From contig OX597814.1 in the NCBI GenBank assembly GCA_951406725.2, positions 222,890,001 to 222,954,000 on the forward strand: DNA of 64,000 nucleotides. Reading direction: 5' to 3'. The translations under genes and the position numbers were made by a program. The notes under the pieces are model-generated. The model had not been told where the DNA came from and did not search any database. It worked only from the letters and a program-made list of their open reading frames with translations. Source of the DNA: Octopus vulgaris (Eukaryota). Positions 43,496 to 56,935 of this stretch are shown piece by piece (the first letter of the stretch is position 1; every line of letters begins with the position of its first letter).

Positions 43496-44444
43496 CTTAC
43501 AATTTTGATTACTATAATATTCAGTTCTTTCTATAACAATATATTTATCTGCAAAACTGTAACAATATTCTTTTGATACTGCTTTCGACTAAATTTTATG
43601 ATTTTCTGTGATATTTGTCCAAAACTACAGGTTTTACTCCGTCAGATCTTAATCTGATGAAGCATTATAAGCAGCAATATTTGTATTTATGCGATTTCAT
43701 GCATTTTCTAATCATTTTCTGTCAGTCTCACCCAAGTGGTCATCAATTTATACTGTTAAATCGTGGATGATTAAATTTTTAAGCAACGTCTTTAGAATAT
43801 CCAGGATGGTTTTAGAATTTATAATTTTACCTGGAGATTTAATCGAATGCCACACTTCGCTTTACAGAAATCCTCACCCAACTATATTAAAAGATAAGGA
43901 TTACTTGACTCTTGTAAATGTATAATTGGCATTGTACCTTGAACTCGGTCGTTGACCAATAGAAAGAGCGTTAGATATACATCTTTCTAAAACAGTTTCA
44001 CTATTAATCATTACCTTAAGAAAATACACCTTTAGTTCAAATTATACATCCTTACGAAACTGCAAACGAATTTGAAGCCCTTTTTTTTTGATAACCGAGT
44101 AAAGGGTGGATGACTTGCAACTATACTGAAGTCTTATTATAATTGATATCTTAATTTTAAATTTTTTATTTTTTAGGAATATATTTCAATGTTGCTGGAA
44201 GCTATATTTATATGATTCTATAGCACCTGAATGACAATGCAAAACAAATATGAATCATATAACACGTTTGAAGAACTATAACCAGAGATCTGTTTGCTTA
44301 GTTAATTAATTTGTATTTATTTGTCGTTCGGAATTGATTTGCATTTATTTGTCTTTCGGAACTGAGACAAAGCTTTCTGGAGAGAAACAACACAAGTTAA
44401 TTAAATTAATACTTCCATGAGAGTGGGGCCACTTTTGCTTCATA

Positions 44445-45080
44445 TTTTAGCTCAAGTCCAGCAATTTTAGGAAAAGGTAAGACGATTATATCGACTCCAT
44501 TGTTAAATCTGGTACTTAATTCAGCGATCCCGAAAGAAAGAAATACAAACTCGACCTCCTGGGAACTTTCAACTCGGAACATAACGAGCCGAAGGTAATA
44601 ACGTTAAGTTTTTTTTCTCCGGTATGCTAATGAATCTGTTAATTCGACGCCTTTCTATGAATTTTAATCTGAATTACAAATTCTGTTCAATGCCAGAACC
44701 TACTCGGTAAATGGGAAAAGTATGGCTCATATCTTTCCACTGATCCAAAACCAAATCAAATATTTTCTACTAATTACTTCTCCCTTTCATTTAAATTATT
44801 TTTCTTCCAAAATTAAACACACACACACACAAATATATTTATCATGAAACATATGTACCAATATATATAAGCGTAAACACACATATATATCATTCGGGGC
44901 AAAATCCTTAACGGATTTTCGTCCGTTTTTATATTCTGGGTTCCATCCCCGCTGAGAACGATTTTGCCTCTCATTCTTTCGGGTCAATAAAGTAAGTACC
45001 AGTTAAGTACAGGAGTTGATGTAATCAACTTATCCGTCCACTCAAAATTACTGGCACTGTGCCAAATATTGAAACCATAA
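44445..45080. mobile_element. Two diverged SINE group B copies in divergent orientation (44445-44652 minus; 44895-45080 plus)
   Basis: CTGGTACTTAATTCAGCGATCCCGAAAG on the left; CATTCTTTCGGGTCAATAAAGTAAGTACCAG on the right. Confidence 0.65.
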
Positions 45081-45261
45081 GTTCCAGGGATCAAGATGTA
45101 GGAAGAAAGTTAGCCTCAAGCAATCCGTAGTAAATAAATATATTAAAAAATAAAAATTTCAGAGACGATAGTGGTTTATTGAGACTGAAAAACGATAAAC
45201 TGCAAAGAGTTCTTTTTATATTCCACGGAAGTCGACCAGAGTTTCCGGGTGTGCGAATAAG

Positions 45262-45482
45262 AATACAAGAGCTACGGAATGGAGTAGTAAAGATCCGGGC
45301 AACATATACTTCATAGCGAGCGGAACCTCAGTAATGGTCAAATCCAAGTGAGGTGTATACTGCCAGCTACTCTTTAGGCCAAGGATATCTTGATTAGATT
45401 ACAGGTTACACTTCTGAGGTTGCGCTTGCTATGAAACATATGCAACCCGGATCATTCCTACTCCACTCCGTAACTCTTGTAT
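45262..45482. mobile_element. MITE-like element with ~75-bp imperfect inverted arms; partial relative at 47605-47735
   Basis: ATACAAGAGCTACGGAATGGAGTAG...TTCATAGCGAGCGGAACCTCAG versus CTGAGGTTGCGCTTGCTATGAA...CTACTCCACTCCGTAACTCTTGTAT. Confidence 0.7.
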
Positions 45483-45587
45483 GTATGTATGTATGTATGT
45501 ATGTATGTATGTATGTATGTATGTATGTATGTATGTATGTATGTATGTATGTATGTATGTATGTATGTATGTATGTATGTATGTATG

Positions 45588-45636
<49 letters not shown>

Positions 45637-45654
45637 ATATATATCGTTTATTAT

Positions 45655-45732
45655 ATAGAAGGACAATTACAGTGTAGAACTGTTTCATTCAAGAAAATCT
45701 TCAGGAAGCTAGTTAACAAGATTCATTCCATA
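45655..45732 (-). mobile_element. Second, degenerate copy of the 18042 hammerhead family
   Basis: Minus AGCUUC-CUGAAGA-uuuucuugaau-GAAA-CAG uucuaca CUG-UA; the 3' strand of stem I has decayed. Confidence 0.6.
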
Positions 45733-45916
45733 CATATATATAGTATATATATATATATAATATATATTGAGAGAATCGCGACCTGTTCAGAGAGAGAGAG
45801 TCCGTGATGCAGCACGGAAATTTGTCAAAAACCCCAAAAAGATGAAGACAAGTATATAAATAACAAGCAAGTGTATTATTTTGACACTAGGGAAAATGAA
45901 CACTCCCACGCTCAAT

Positions 45917-45985
<69 letters not shown>

Positions 45986-45991
45986 AAGAGC

Positions 45992-46047
<56 letters not shown>

Positions 46048-46708
46048 TGTTTCTTTATTAGCCACACAGGGCTGCACACAGATAGAACAAATTACAAGGT
46101 AGAGCTTTTCTTTCGAAGGTTTAAAAAATAAAAAAAAAAAAAGGAAGGGGGAGTTTCGATCAAAAGGGATCGTAAAAGGAGAGAAAGAGGACAAAAAAAG
46201 GGGGGTTAAAAAAAAGGGGGAGAGAAAAAAAAAAAAAAAATTGATCAATAGGGATCGTTATCACAGAAATGTCAATATGAAGTGTAAAGGGGAGGACAGG
46301 TGAGGTTTACCCGTGGAAAGAAAAGCCTACGGAAAAGACCACGGTAACCTCGGTCAATGGAGTCACATGTTATATTTCTTTTTTTTTTTTTTTGCAAATA
46401 AGCAACTCTCTGTTTTCAATTTCTGGGTTCATAGGATCATGCTCAAGGTGGCTTCGTCATTCATACGTGCCATTCTTGCTACATTCACCCATCTTTTTTA
46501 AAACATTCGCTAGACAAAACTTGCCTCTCTACTCTCACTTTCCTTTTCAAGTGGTACTTGAAGAAGTTGATGAGAGATTGACCAGAGAGAAAAGTGTTTG
46601 TCTCCAATCCTTTCAGATGCGTCCACCAGATACATTCTTTCGCCATAGCCACAAGGATGATGAAAATAGCTCTTCCTTCCCGTTTGAAGGAGGGAGGCGT
46701 GACAATAT

Positions 46709-46710
<2 letters not shown>
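46048..46710 (-). mobile_element. 5'-truncated Tx1/L1-clade LINE (ORF2 C-terminus plus 3' UTR) within (GATA)n
   Basis: NIVTPPSFKREGRAIFIILVAMAKECIWWTHLKG...FFKYHLKRKVRVERQVLSSECF(frameshift)RWVNVARM...IL* ending at 46429, matching the Tx1-type AKxxIW...F..RW terminus; AATAAA near the 3' end; (GATA)n on both sides. Confidence 0.75.
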
Positions 46711-46792
<82 letters not shown>

Positions 46793-46795
46793 GCT

Positions 46796-47579
46796 GAAAT
46801 TTGTCAAAAAAAAAAACGCAAAAGATGAAGACAAGTATATAAATAACAAGCAAGTGTATTATTTTGACACTAGGGAAAATGAAAGTGTAGATTTCAGCGG
46901 TCCAGCGTGGCGAATGTTTGGAAAAACAAGAGGTTGGAAGAAAGGGAGATGATAAAAAAAAGAGGTTGAATGAAAAGGGAGATAATAATAGTGCTAGTGA
47001 TTTCAACAAGAGAAGGTGTTTGTGTGTATTTCAGAATGGTGTGTGTGAGTGTGTAAGTATGTACGTGTGAATAGGGACGAGTGACTCTGACGTATGTGAG
47101 TGTGCTTGTATGTGTGTGCGTGCGTGTGTACGTGTGTGTGTCTGGGACTAAACTGTGTGCATGTGTACGGTCTATGTATGTGAGCGAAAGTTATCTTAGT
47201 CTCTGTATGATACGTGTGTTAAAGCGTGTTGCGTGTGTATATATATATATTGTCTGTGTCCAGGTATTATTTGCTTGTGTGGGTGTGGGAGTGTGCATGA
47301 TGGCGAGTTGAATAGTGTGTGTGGCTGCTCATATAGTGGTGTGTGTGGTGAAGCTATTGAAGATGGTGTATGGGTGTGTGGATGATGGTGTGTAATGTTA
47401 CTGCTGGGAAGTGGTCACTGCTAGTCTGTGTGGAGAGCTGTGGAGTTGGTGTCAAATGAGGAGAGGAAGTGAGATTTGTGTCAGATGAAGGGAGGAGCTG
47501 AATTGAACCCATGTGGCGCAAAGGAGCGAAGACAGAAGATTAACTCCTGTTCACGGTGAGAATCCGGGTTGTCCCTGTG
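46796..47579 (-). mobile_element. Penelope-like element 3' end (GIY-YIG C-terminus plus 3' UTR), partial tandem with 45770-45901
   Basis: 47579-47481 encodes HRDNPDSHREQELIFCLRSFAPHGFNSAPPFI*, matching the PLE terminal E..LI..L....P.GLN motif; the terminal ~85 bp (46796-46883) is directly repeated at 45816-45901. Confidence 0.7.
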
Positions 47580-47758
47580 CAAAGATAATCCCAACACCTG
47601 CAGGTATTGTAGGAAAGACTCGGGCTATGTATGTTTCATAGCGAGCGGAACCTCAGAAGTGGTAACATCCAAGTGGAGTGTATTACGTCGGCTAATTCTT
47701 GTATTCTTTCATACTCTATTCTGTAACTCTTGTATACTTATTCATACACGTATAGATG

Positions 47759-47790
<32 letters not shown>

Positions 47791-48825
47791 TGTATGTATG
47801 TATGTATGTATGTATGTATGTATGTATGTATGTATGTATGTATGTATGTGTTTGTGTGTATCTTGATCTTCGCTATCCCACTTTAGTATCAGATTTTCTC
47901 TTACATTTACAGGATTCTTATTAGTTCGTGTTTCCAAATTTACTCTTACCAAGATTTATTAGGTTTAGAAATTTCTTACAAGTATGCTTTCATTTACTGA
48001 GTTGCTGTCTCATTTATCTCAAATTCTTCTCTCTATCAGTCTCTAATTTACAAAATTTAGTACATCCTATGTTATATGACTTAATTGCAATGTATCATGA
48101 CTTCCTTGTTATAGTAACAATTGTTTTAATGATATTTTACGGGAGTTTTCTATAAGTAGATAATTTTATTTTAAAATTTACTTTGTCGTATCTTCATTCA
48201 TTCTGCTCTACACATTAACATAGTAAATCACATGTGATATTTATTTCTAATTTCTTTTATTTCCTTTTACTGTGTTAATTCAAATTAGATTTACTGATTC
48301 ACTTCCTCTTACTTATTGTGTTTCTCTCTACGGAGTATTTAACTACATTTCATGTTGTTCTCATTATAATCTATGACATAGCTTATTATATATTCAGCTA
48401 TTTTATCTAATATAAGTTATTGTAACTTAACTTCCTCTTAAGCTACCCTGCTTGCTTCCCATTAGTGTCTACAAATGCTTAAGCTACTCTGCTTGCTGCC
48501 TTGGTTTATTAATATGATATAGCCTATTACACTTTTAACCAGTCCTTTAAGTACAATATATTCTGTAATAGTTTCAATCCATTTTTGTAATTTATAACGA
48601 AATTTCTCTCATCTCTCTTCTGTAATAATGACAGAATTATCAAACTCAAAACTCCCTAATATAAACCTTGTTTCAATGAGGAGCCGCCCTACCTTTCGCC
48701 TTAAAATAATATACTTCAAACATCATCTTTAGTATTTCCTGTATTATTTACCCCAATTGAACTAATTTCATATCACCTAATTACTATATCACTTAGTTAA
48801 AAAGAACTTCCCGTCCTTTTCTAAT

Positions 48826-49062
48826 TCAAGTTATGCCCATTGCGTCACGGGATTCCAACATTTCTGTTTATATAACGAATCGTTATAAACAATCGTTATA
48901 ATTATTTAGAGTAATATCTATTTATTTCTGAATATATAAACCTTATGCTACAATGTCAGTAAAAGTTCTATCTCGAAGACTTAAGTAAATTCCCCAGGAA
49001 TTTGCTATGCACACCGCATTCACGTGAAAAGGATATATAAGTATTCTTTTTTTCTTTTACCC
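48826..49062 (+). repeat. ~240-bp segment duplicated at 54188-55229 (second copy interrupted twice)
   Basis: TCAAGTTATGCCCATTGCGTCACGGGATTCCAAC...CACGTGAAAAGGATATATAAGTATT aligns nearly base for base. Confidence 0.9.
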
Positions 49063-49094
49063 GTTTCAGCCATGCGGCTGCGCTCATGCTGGGT

Positions 49095-49445
49095 GGGAGC
49101 AGTCGTTACTGTGTGGTAAGAAGTGTGCTTCCCAACCTCACGGTTCCGAGATCAGTCCCACTGCGTGGCACTTTGTGAAGAGGCTTGTGTGTGGGTGTCG
49201 TAAATGGGAATTGAAAGAAGCCTGATGTACATAGGTATTTATGTGTGTGTGTATTTGTTTCTGTGTTTCACCCCACCCACAATGTAACTTAGCGGTGCAG
49301 CAGAAAGAGTACAGCAGTATATGTACCAGACTTTAAAGAAAAGGTAAGTAGCGGGGTCGGGTCATTCGAATGACAAATTCTTCTAAACGATCACCCAATA
49401 TGGTCACACTTAAATGACTGAAACAAGTAAAATCCAAAAGATAAG
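49095..49445 (+). mobile_element. SINE group A, old diverged copy
   Basis: CTGTGTGGTAAG...CAGTCCCACTGCGTGGCACTTTG head; AATGACTGAAACAAGTAAAA tail. Confidence 0.7.
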
Positions 49446-49501
49446 AATATACGATATATGTATATAAATGTATGTTATTAAAAACATACGCATACATATA
49501 T

Positions 49502-49551
<50 letters not shown>

Positions 49552-49574
49552 GCATATATACATATAAACATACA

Positions 49575-49868
49575 GCCTGGTTACCAACCACATGGTTCCG
49601 GGTTCAGTCCCACTGCGTGGATTTGCAAGACGGAAACTGAGAGAAGCCTGTCGTATATATGTATATGTATATATGTATGTGTGTGTATGTGGTTGAGTGT
49701 CTGTGTTTGTCCCCCCAACATCGCTTGACAACCGATGCTGGTATGTTTACGTCCACGTAACTTAGCGGTTCGGCAAAAGAGCCCGATAGAATAAGTACTA
49801 GGCTTACAACGAATAAGTCTTGGGGGTCGCTTTGCTGGACTAAAGGCGGTGCTCCAGCAAGTAAAAGA
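49575..49868 (+). mobile_element. SINE group A with internal deletions
   Basis: ACCAACCACATGGTTCCGGGTTCAGTCCCACTGCGTGG joined directly to ATTTG; ends GGTGCTCCAGCAAGTAAAAGAG. Confidence 0.85.
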
Positions 49869-50259
49869 GATACATACATACATACATACATACATACATA
49901 CATACATACATACATACGTTTGTAGTAGACGGTTAGTAGTACACTTATTAATAAATTATTCAAGTATGGAATTGATTTTAATCGATTTCATACTTGATGA
50001 AAGTTCTCTAAAATCTATCGAAACAATCGGAACCATTTAGTAATGATATGTAATATCATTATTCTTTCGCTTTTTACAGCAGGAGATGAGCGTTCTCGTC
50101 GCACTTTGGGAAACTTCAGACTTTCTCTAAGCAAAATCTAAGTGCTGTTGTTTATAGAATGAATCGTATGCTTTCAGATATACTATTCGGAAAAAGAATT
50201 ATTTCACATTTCTCTCGAAAGTTTACAGAATTCACGCAGTCACACACAAACTCACACAC

Positions 50260-50307
<48 letters not shown>

Positions 50308-50369
50308 ACACATATACACACACATACACCATGATAAATAGATATATAGATAGATAGAGAGAGAGAGAC

Positions 50370-50418
<49 letters not shown>

Positions 50419-52624
50419 GGAAGAGATTGATCGTATGCAAGGAATGGTACTTGTCATTACTTCATTAGGTATTGAAATTCTTGCTTTTCTGATTATTTTA
50501 CTGTAAGCTATTTATATTACGCATTTATGTCTTTTCACCGGAAGAAATTTAAGCGTTCATCATAAATATGTAATTTTTTTCGTATTTTCAGCAAACGACT
50601 TTATCGTCGTTTACAATAAATAAACGAATAACAAATAACAAACATGGACAATGAGTTGCATATCTCAACAAAATGAAAGTGAGAGACAAAAGGATGCCAT
50701 AATAGAAAAGCTCATAGTATACAGAAGACAGTCAAATTGTTTTACAGGGTTACTTTTATATAATGCTAAATCGACGACTTCATATATGTGAATGAAAATA
50801 CTTCTATGCAGAAGCCCATGGACAAGCACACGCACACAAACACACACGTATACATATCATTTGCAATACACACACATGTATATATATATCATTTACAAAG
50901 CCTTACGTACTTGTATGTGGGCGCGTGATTGCTTCCTCTCATAGGTTTCAGTAACACAAAATAATTTATATATCCACGTTTTGCCGCCACAAATGTTCTG
51001 GACATCAGATTTATTTACACGAGATTACTTGAAAAGTCTTTCAGAAGTTGAAATCATGTTTTACTTTTCATTCGTTTGGGTCCCTGTATCGATGAAACTA
51101 CACACGGCTGTCATTTTTATCAAAAACTTGATGCTACGCTTTTTGGAATACGTCCCAACTCTTGTAGCATAAACTGCAGTAGATAAAGATGCACTGTATT
51201 TTAACTACTAAAAGACTTCATATTTGTCTCTTTGTGTCTTAGGCAGTGAAGCAGTTAAAAGGAAGCAATACAGAATGTAGGGAACAATTTTGTTTGCCGA
51301 ACTTTTTGATAAACGATAAATGGAAGGAGCAGGATCTAAAAGACAGAACAAAAGTCCATCACTGAAGCTTGGATAACGACAACGATTATTGTTACTTATC
51401 GAGTTTTACTGTTCCACTTACAGAGTTAGTTAAATGCTCTCTTTGTTTGAAAATCCCAGCTCCTCCAAATTGTGGCTTAGACATTTATTAGCACAATTGA
51501 GTTCACTAACTATTATTGATAATAATGAAAGTTTATAATTAGGGTAAATGAACTTCAAATTTCGAAGCAGTTATCCACAAACACCCTTTTCTTTTCTCTG
51601 ATTTGGGAAGTTTCTGCTCACGTTTGCAGGGCAAGTTATCTCTATACATCAGTGTACTTAGATAATTATTATTTTTCGTCCCAAATAACTATGTCAGGTC
51701 GGTTATGTTTTCATTTGATAAAACGTTTGATGGGAATGTTTTACAGATAATTCTCCTGCTGCTATATACGTATGTATATATGTAAGTATGAATGCATGTA
51801 TGTATGTATGTATGTATGTATGTATGTATGTATGTATGTATGTATGTATGTATGTATGCATGTATGTATGTGTGTATGTGTGTACGTATGTATAACAATT
51901 TGCATATACTTATATATGAATGCGTACGTGTGTGTACTGTGTATTTTCTTTATTAAAATGCAACCATTTCAGATGTACGGAGTTGATATTAACTTGAGTC
52001 GATAATTCTTAGTATCGCATCAGGTTATATAAAACAAGGCATTGTAGGGAAAGAGGTGATATGTAATGAGAAATTACCCATATCACAAGCGGTTTAAAGA
52101 TAATTTATGTTTACTGAGATCATAAAATATGGCCAGATGTTATGACAAGTGCGTACTCAAAGGCATATCCTATTCTTACAAGTATTTCCAAAAGTGCCTA
52201 TATCTGTGATTTCATATCTCATGTTATTTCTAGAATAAGTCTGCTATAGTTTTCCATAGAGCAAAGTATACTATTTTTACGAAAATTCCCTTTTAAAATC
52301 ATATCTTTTGCTTAAAGATTTTGAGATATTCTTTATTTCTTGTAAGGATCTGTGGTAGTGTTGCTATGACTACGTGGATGGTGCTTTGTTCGGTAGCAGA
52401 ATAAGATCGATATGAGGGGAATGGTGTTGAGGACCATAAAGTTGATATTTAAGTCTAGAAATGAAAGTAAGATTCTTCTGTAGTTTTGGCTACAAACACG
52501 TATATATCTATGTGTAAGTGTGAATAACACTAAATATGTTCGTGTGTATACATACATATAATATAATATAATATAATATATATAGACATATGTATATATA
52601 TAATATCCATAATATACTTATGTG

Positions 52625-52672
<48 letters not shown>

Positions 52673-53458
52673 CTATAACCATATATTTATGAGACATATA
52701 TTCTATAGATGTATTTTAGACATTATAATAAAAAATGATGAGAAACACAGTATACGCACGTGTTCACATGCATATTTTGATAAACAGTATGATAGTAGAT
52801 ATTTCCACATATTTTTCTATTGAAAAGAATGCTTTCTTTAATCTCAGTACGTAGTGTACCTCATGTTTTGTATGCAGAAATAAAGAAATATGTAGTGAAT
52901 ATTAGTTTTAAAATATTCTCTTACGTGTTTTGTTTACATTTTATATACTTTTAATGTATTTTTGTTTATAATCATTTACATTTCTCTATATTTACAATTA
53001 ATTTCCTTTACAATTTATTATTTATTTATATTTCTTACGAAAATTTTTTTTTAGGAATATTAGAATATCTTGCTGGAAGCAGAAACTTGAACACATTCTA
53101 TATTTATTGAATAATGTTTCATATTATTAGAAAATAACATTGAAAATATGAAATTATCACAAGTACGTTATGCTGATTCATAGATATGGTGTTTGTATGT
53201 GTAAGAATAGATTGAAAAAAATCCATCTGTATTCGATTTCATTAATATATTTTTAGTGTGGTTTCGTTCCCTAATATTATTGCTACGATATGTTACTGCT
53301 GATAATGACGATTATAACTTCTAGTGTCAAGATTTTCTCTTCTTGTAGTTTTTCTATGTTTGTTTACAGAACCGCGTAAGTGAAAATAGCGTTAAATTCA
53401 TTTTGCAAATTCGGACTACTTTTATAGATGAGTGCATACGTATACACACACATTTTGT

Positions 53459-53614
<156 letters not shown>

Positions 53615-54257
53615 ACACATACATAAAGAGAGAGTAAGAGAGACTGACAGACATAGAGACAGACAGATAAATAAATAGATAGGTATGTGTAAGTACATAA
53701 ATGTATATATATATGTATATATATATATGTGTGTGTGTGTGTATACATGCTTACATACATAACCAAACACAAACACATAAATATTTGATACACACGCAAC
53801 CATTCGCACTTTGAGATACGCATTTTGAATGTGGTATGTATATATACTTATAGACAATATTGAGTTTTGGATAGCAGATTGCTGAAGTAGATTTGCATAT
53901 TTTCATTTTTTTTAAAGCATTACGTCACATGCTTCTGTTATAAATATCATGTTCACCTTTTTACAACGAATCTTCTTCATTATGATAACGGCAGGTGCTC
54001 TCCAACCTTATCATAGGATTCCCAGAAACGTGTGAGCTCTACAGTCAGTTGTTTTTATATTTGTAGTCATTGTTATTTCGTTAGCCTTTATACAATACCA
54101 GCTGAACAGAATTCTAGCCAAAAACAACGACCATGTTGTATTTTACTGGCCAATTAAACGATATCACCCAATGTTTCTTTATTTTTCTCAAGTTATACCC
54201 ATTGCGTCACGGGATTCCAACATTTCTGTTAATATAACGAATTGTTATAAACAATCG

Positions 54258-54643
54258 CATGGCTCAGTGGTTAGAGCGTCGAGCTTACGATCGTGAGGTT
54301 GTGAGCTCTTTCAATCCTCACTCTTACTTCGTGTTGTGTTCTTGTATTTCAAGGCACTTTGTTTCACGTTGCTCCAGTTCACTCAGCTGAATATCCCCGA
54401 AATGAGTTGCGATGTCACTGTGGAGTGCCAGCCATTACGCGTTAATTGTATCGACCTTTCCGTCTTTCCCTTGGATAACACCCTCGGTGGCGTTGAGACC
54501 GACGGAGGCTGGTATGCATGGGCGACTGCTGGTCTTCCATAAACAACCTAGCAATGGACTTGTGTCTGGCCAGGGTAACGATATCAGGTCCAATGTTTCT
54601 TTATACCCATGGCGTCATTCATGACCGAAGGGGTCTTTACCCT
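54258..54643 (+). mobile_element. tRNA-derived SINE, group C (third tail type, mosaic)
   Basis: GCATGGCTCAGTGGTTAGAGCG head; TTTCACGTTGCTCCAGTTCACTCAGCTG core; 13-bp TSD TTATAAACAATCG at 54245-54257 and 54644-54656. Confidence 0.85.
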
Positions 54644-54800
54644 TTATAAACAATCGTTATAATTATTTACAGTAATATCTATTTATTTCTGAATATATAA
54701 ACCTTATGCTACAATGTCAGTAAAAGTTCTATCTCAAAGACTTAAGTAAATTCCCCAGGAATTTGGCATGCACACCGCATTTACGTGAAAAGGATATATA

Positions 54801-55208
54801 CTCTTTACTCTCTCTTTTACTCTTTTACTTGTTTCAGTCATTTGACTGCGGCCATGCTGGAGCACCGCCTTTAGTCGAGCAACTCGGCCCCGGGACTTAT
54901 TCTTTGTAAGCCCAGTACTTATTCTATCGGTCTCTTTTGCCGAACCGCTAAGTGACGGGGACATAAACACACCAGCATCGGTTGTCAAGCAATGCTAAGG
55001 GGACAAACACAGACACACAAACATACACGCACACATATATATGAATATACATATATACGAAGGGGCTTCTTTCAGTTTCCATCCACCAAATCCTCTCACA
55101 AGGCTTTGGTCGGCCCAAGGCTATAGTAGAAGACACTTCCCCAAGGTGCCACGCAGTGGGACTGAACCCGGAACCATGTGGTTGGTTAGTAAGCTACTTA
55201 CCACACAG
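54801..55208 (-). mobile_element. SINE group A, young, slightly 5'-truncated
   Basis: Near-identical to 61078-61492; absent from the paralogous site at 49039/49040. Confidence 0.92.
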
Positions 55209-56935
55209 TATTTTTTTTTCTTTTATCCGATATGGTTTGGAAAAGGATTCGCTAATAGTTCTTACTCGTCAACCTCTGATACGCAGTAGAAATTCATATC
55301 CTCCAAATGTCTAAATTTCAAATATGGTCCCTCCTTGTGGGTATATATGTATATATAAATATTTGTGTGAGTGTTTGCTTGTCTTTATGTGTGTATATAT
55401 TTAGTGTGATACCAGAAAGAAGGTCAAGAAAAAACAGTTCCGTAAAGAACTCAATATGTTTTATAACAATGTATATTCATTTAAGTAGCACTTTACAAAA
55501 AATATAGTTGTTTTAATACATAGTTGTATCTTCGAAAAACACATATATGTATTGAAAGAACAGTACCGTTGCACTTACTGCTGTTTCAATATGGGCCCCA
55601 CATTACAATATTATAATTATTTACATAACGGCGTGGTAATGTGTGCTGCTGTACCCTTTTCTAGCCCTCCGTGACCAGTGGTCATCGGTGAAGTTAATTA
55701 TCAATTTGAACATGTGTAGCGAAAGATTGAGTAGTGAGAGATTCAGCAAAGAAACATTGGATTGGTGGTTGAATTTGTAACCCTTTTGTGATGCCTAGTA
55801 GTACCTAAACGCAATAGGAATGAGAAACACCAGCACGTCCAGTACCACAGAAAACTTGTAGTGGTTTTAGAAAAGAGAAAGAGAAAGATTAAGTTGTAGA
55901 GGCAGTGAGAGAAATGTTGTAACATACTGTTGAGCTAATGTTTAATAATTACCAACCAAATATAAACAGTTTGTTTTGAGACTATGATATTATAGTATAA
56001 GTCCAAAATATACGAGTTGTATTCTATTTCTGGCAGTGTTAGAATATTGTAAAGGACTAGAAATTGATGAAGTTAAGTATTGTTCTGGTTTAGACAAATA
56101 ACCCTAACACTTGAGCTATGATATGTGTGTAATTGACATGAGAATTCAAAAGATGTTATGAGAACTAGTATTTCTGCTGAATTTGAGGGATAGTTTTATA
56201 TTGTTCATCTAAGCAACGTTGTCAAGTCTAAATGCCAAATTGTGTTGTGGCATTGATAACAAATACGACAATAATATCAAGTTTGTTGGCATTAAGGAAT
56301 GGTCTTGTCTTTGGAAAATTTATTAATTTGACAGCATGGACTGTTTGCTCGGTAATACAATATTAGATCAAGAAAAATGACAAGCACACACAGACACACA
56401 CACACATTGAAAACTCATAGGCATCGATGCATATACGTATATGAACGGACATTTAATTTTCTAGACTATGTCTGAATGCTTACGTGACGCTTCAAACAGG
56501 CTTCCTTTTAGTAATAGTAACACATAACATTGATGGGTATCGCGAATGTATTGACGAGGAGTGTGGAAGTAAATTTTATACTCACTGTTATGCAGCCATT
56601 AATTTTGAAAAAAGAATTGCCTTACATTATGCGTGTTGTCCTTCAGCACCCCAATGTCAAATTCTTCAACAGATTAGAATCGACTCCCATCGTTCTTGGG
56701 TCAACAAATTAAGCGCTGTCAGTTAATATAAATGAGGTGATTCTTTTGGTTGCAAAACTTATTCATTCTGATGAGACATCGAAAGAAATTACGATTATTA
56801 ATCTTACTATAAATCTATAATATTAAATACACGTAACTGTGTGCGTGCATGTGCGATACTCATTTGTGAGTATCGCATGTATGTGCGTTTCTGTGTGTAT
56901 GGACATAGAGAGAAAAAAGAAAGAAATTTATATAT

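Noticed and set aside
47928-48155. ORF with LQNLVHPMLYDLIAMYHD, faintly like the cox2 N-terminus (possible NUMT)
   Set aside because: Spacing is off, downstream cox2 motifs are absent, and AT-rich DNA gives hydrophobic ORFs by chance.
56768-56792. CTGATGAGACATCGAAA hammerhead-like word
   Set aside because: No stem III, cleavage triplet or stem I partner.
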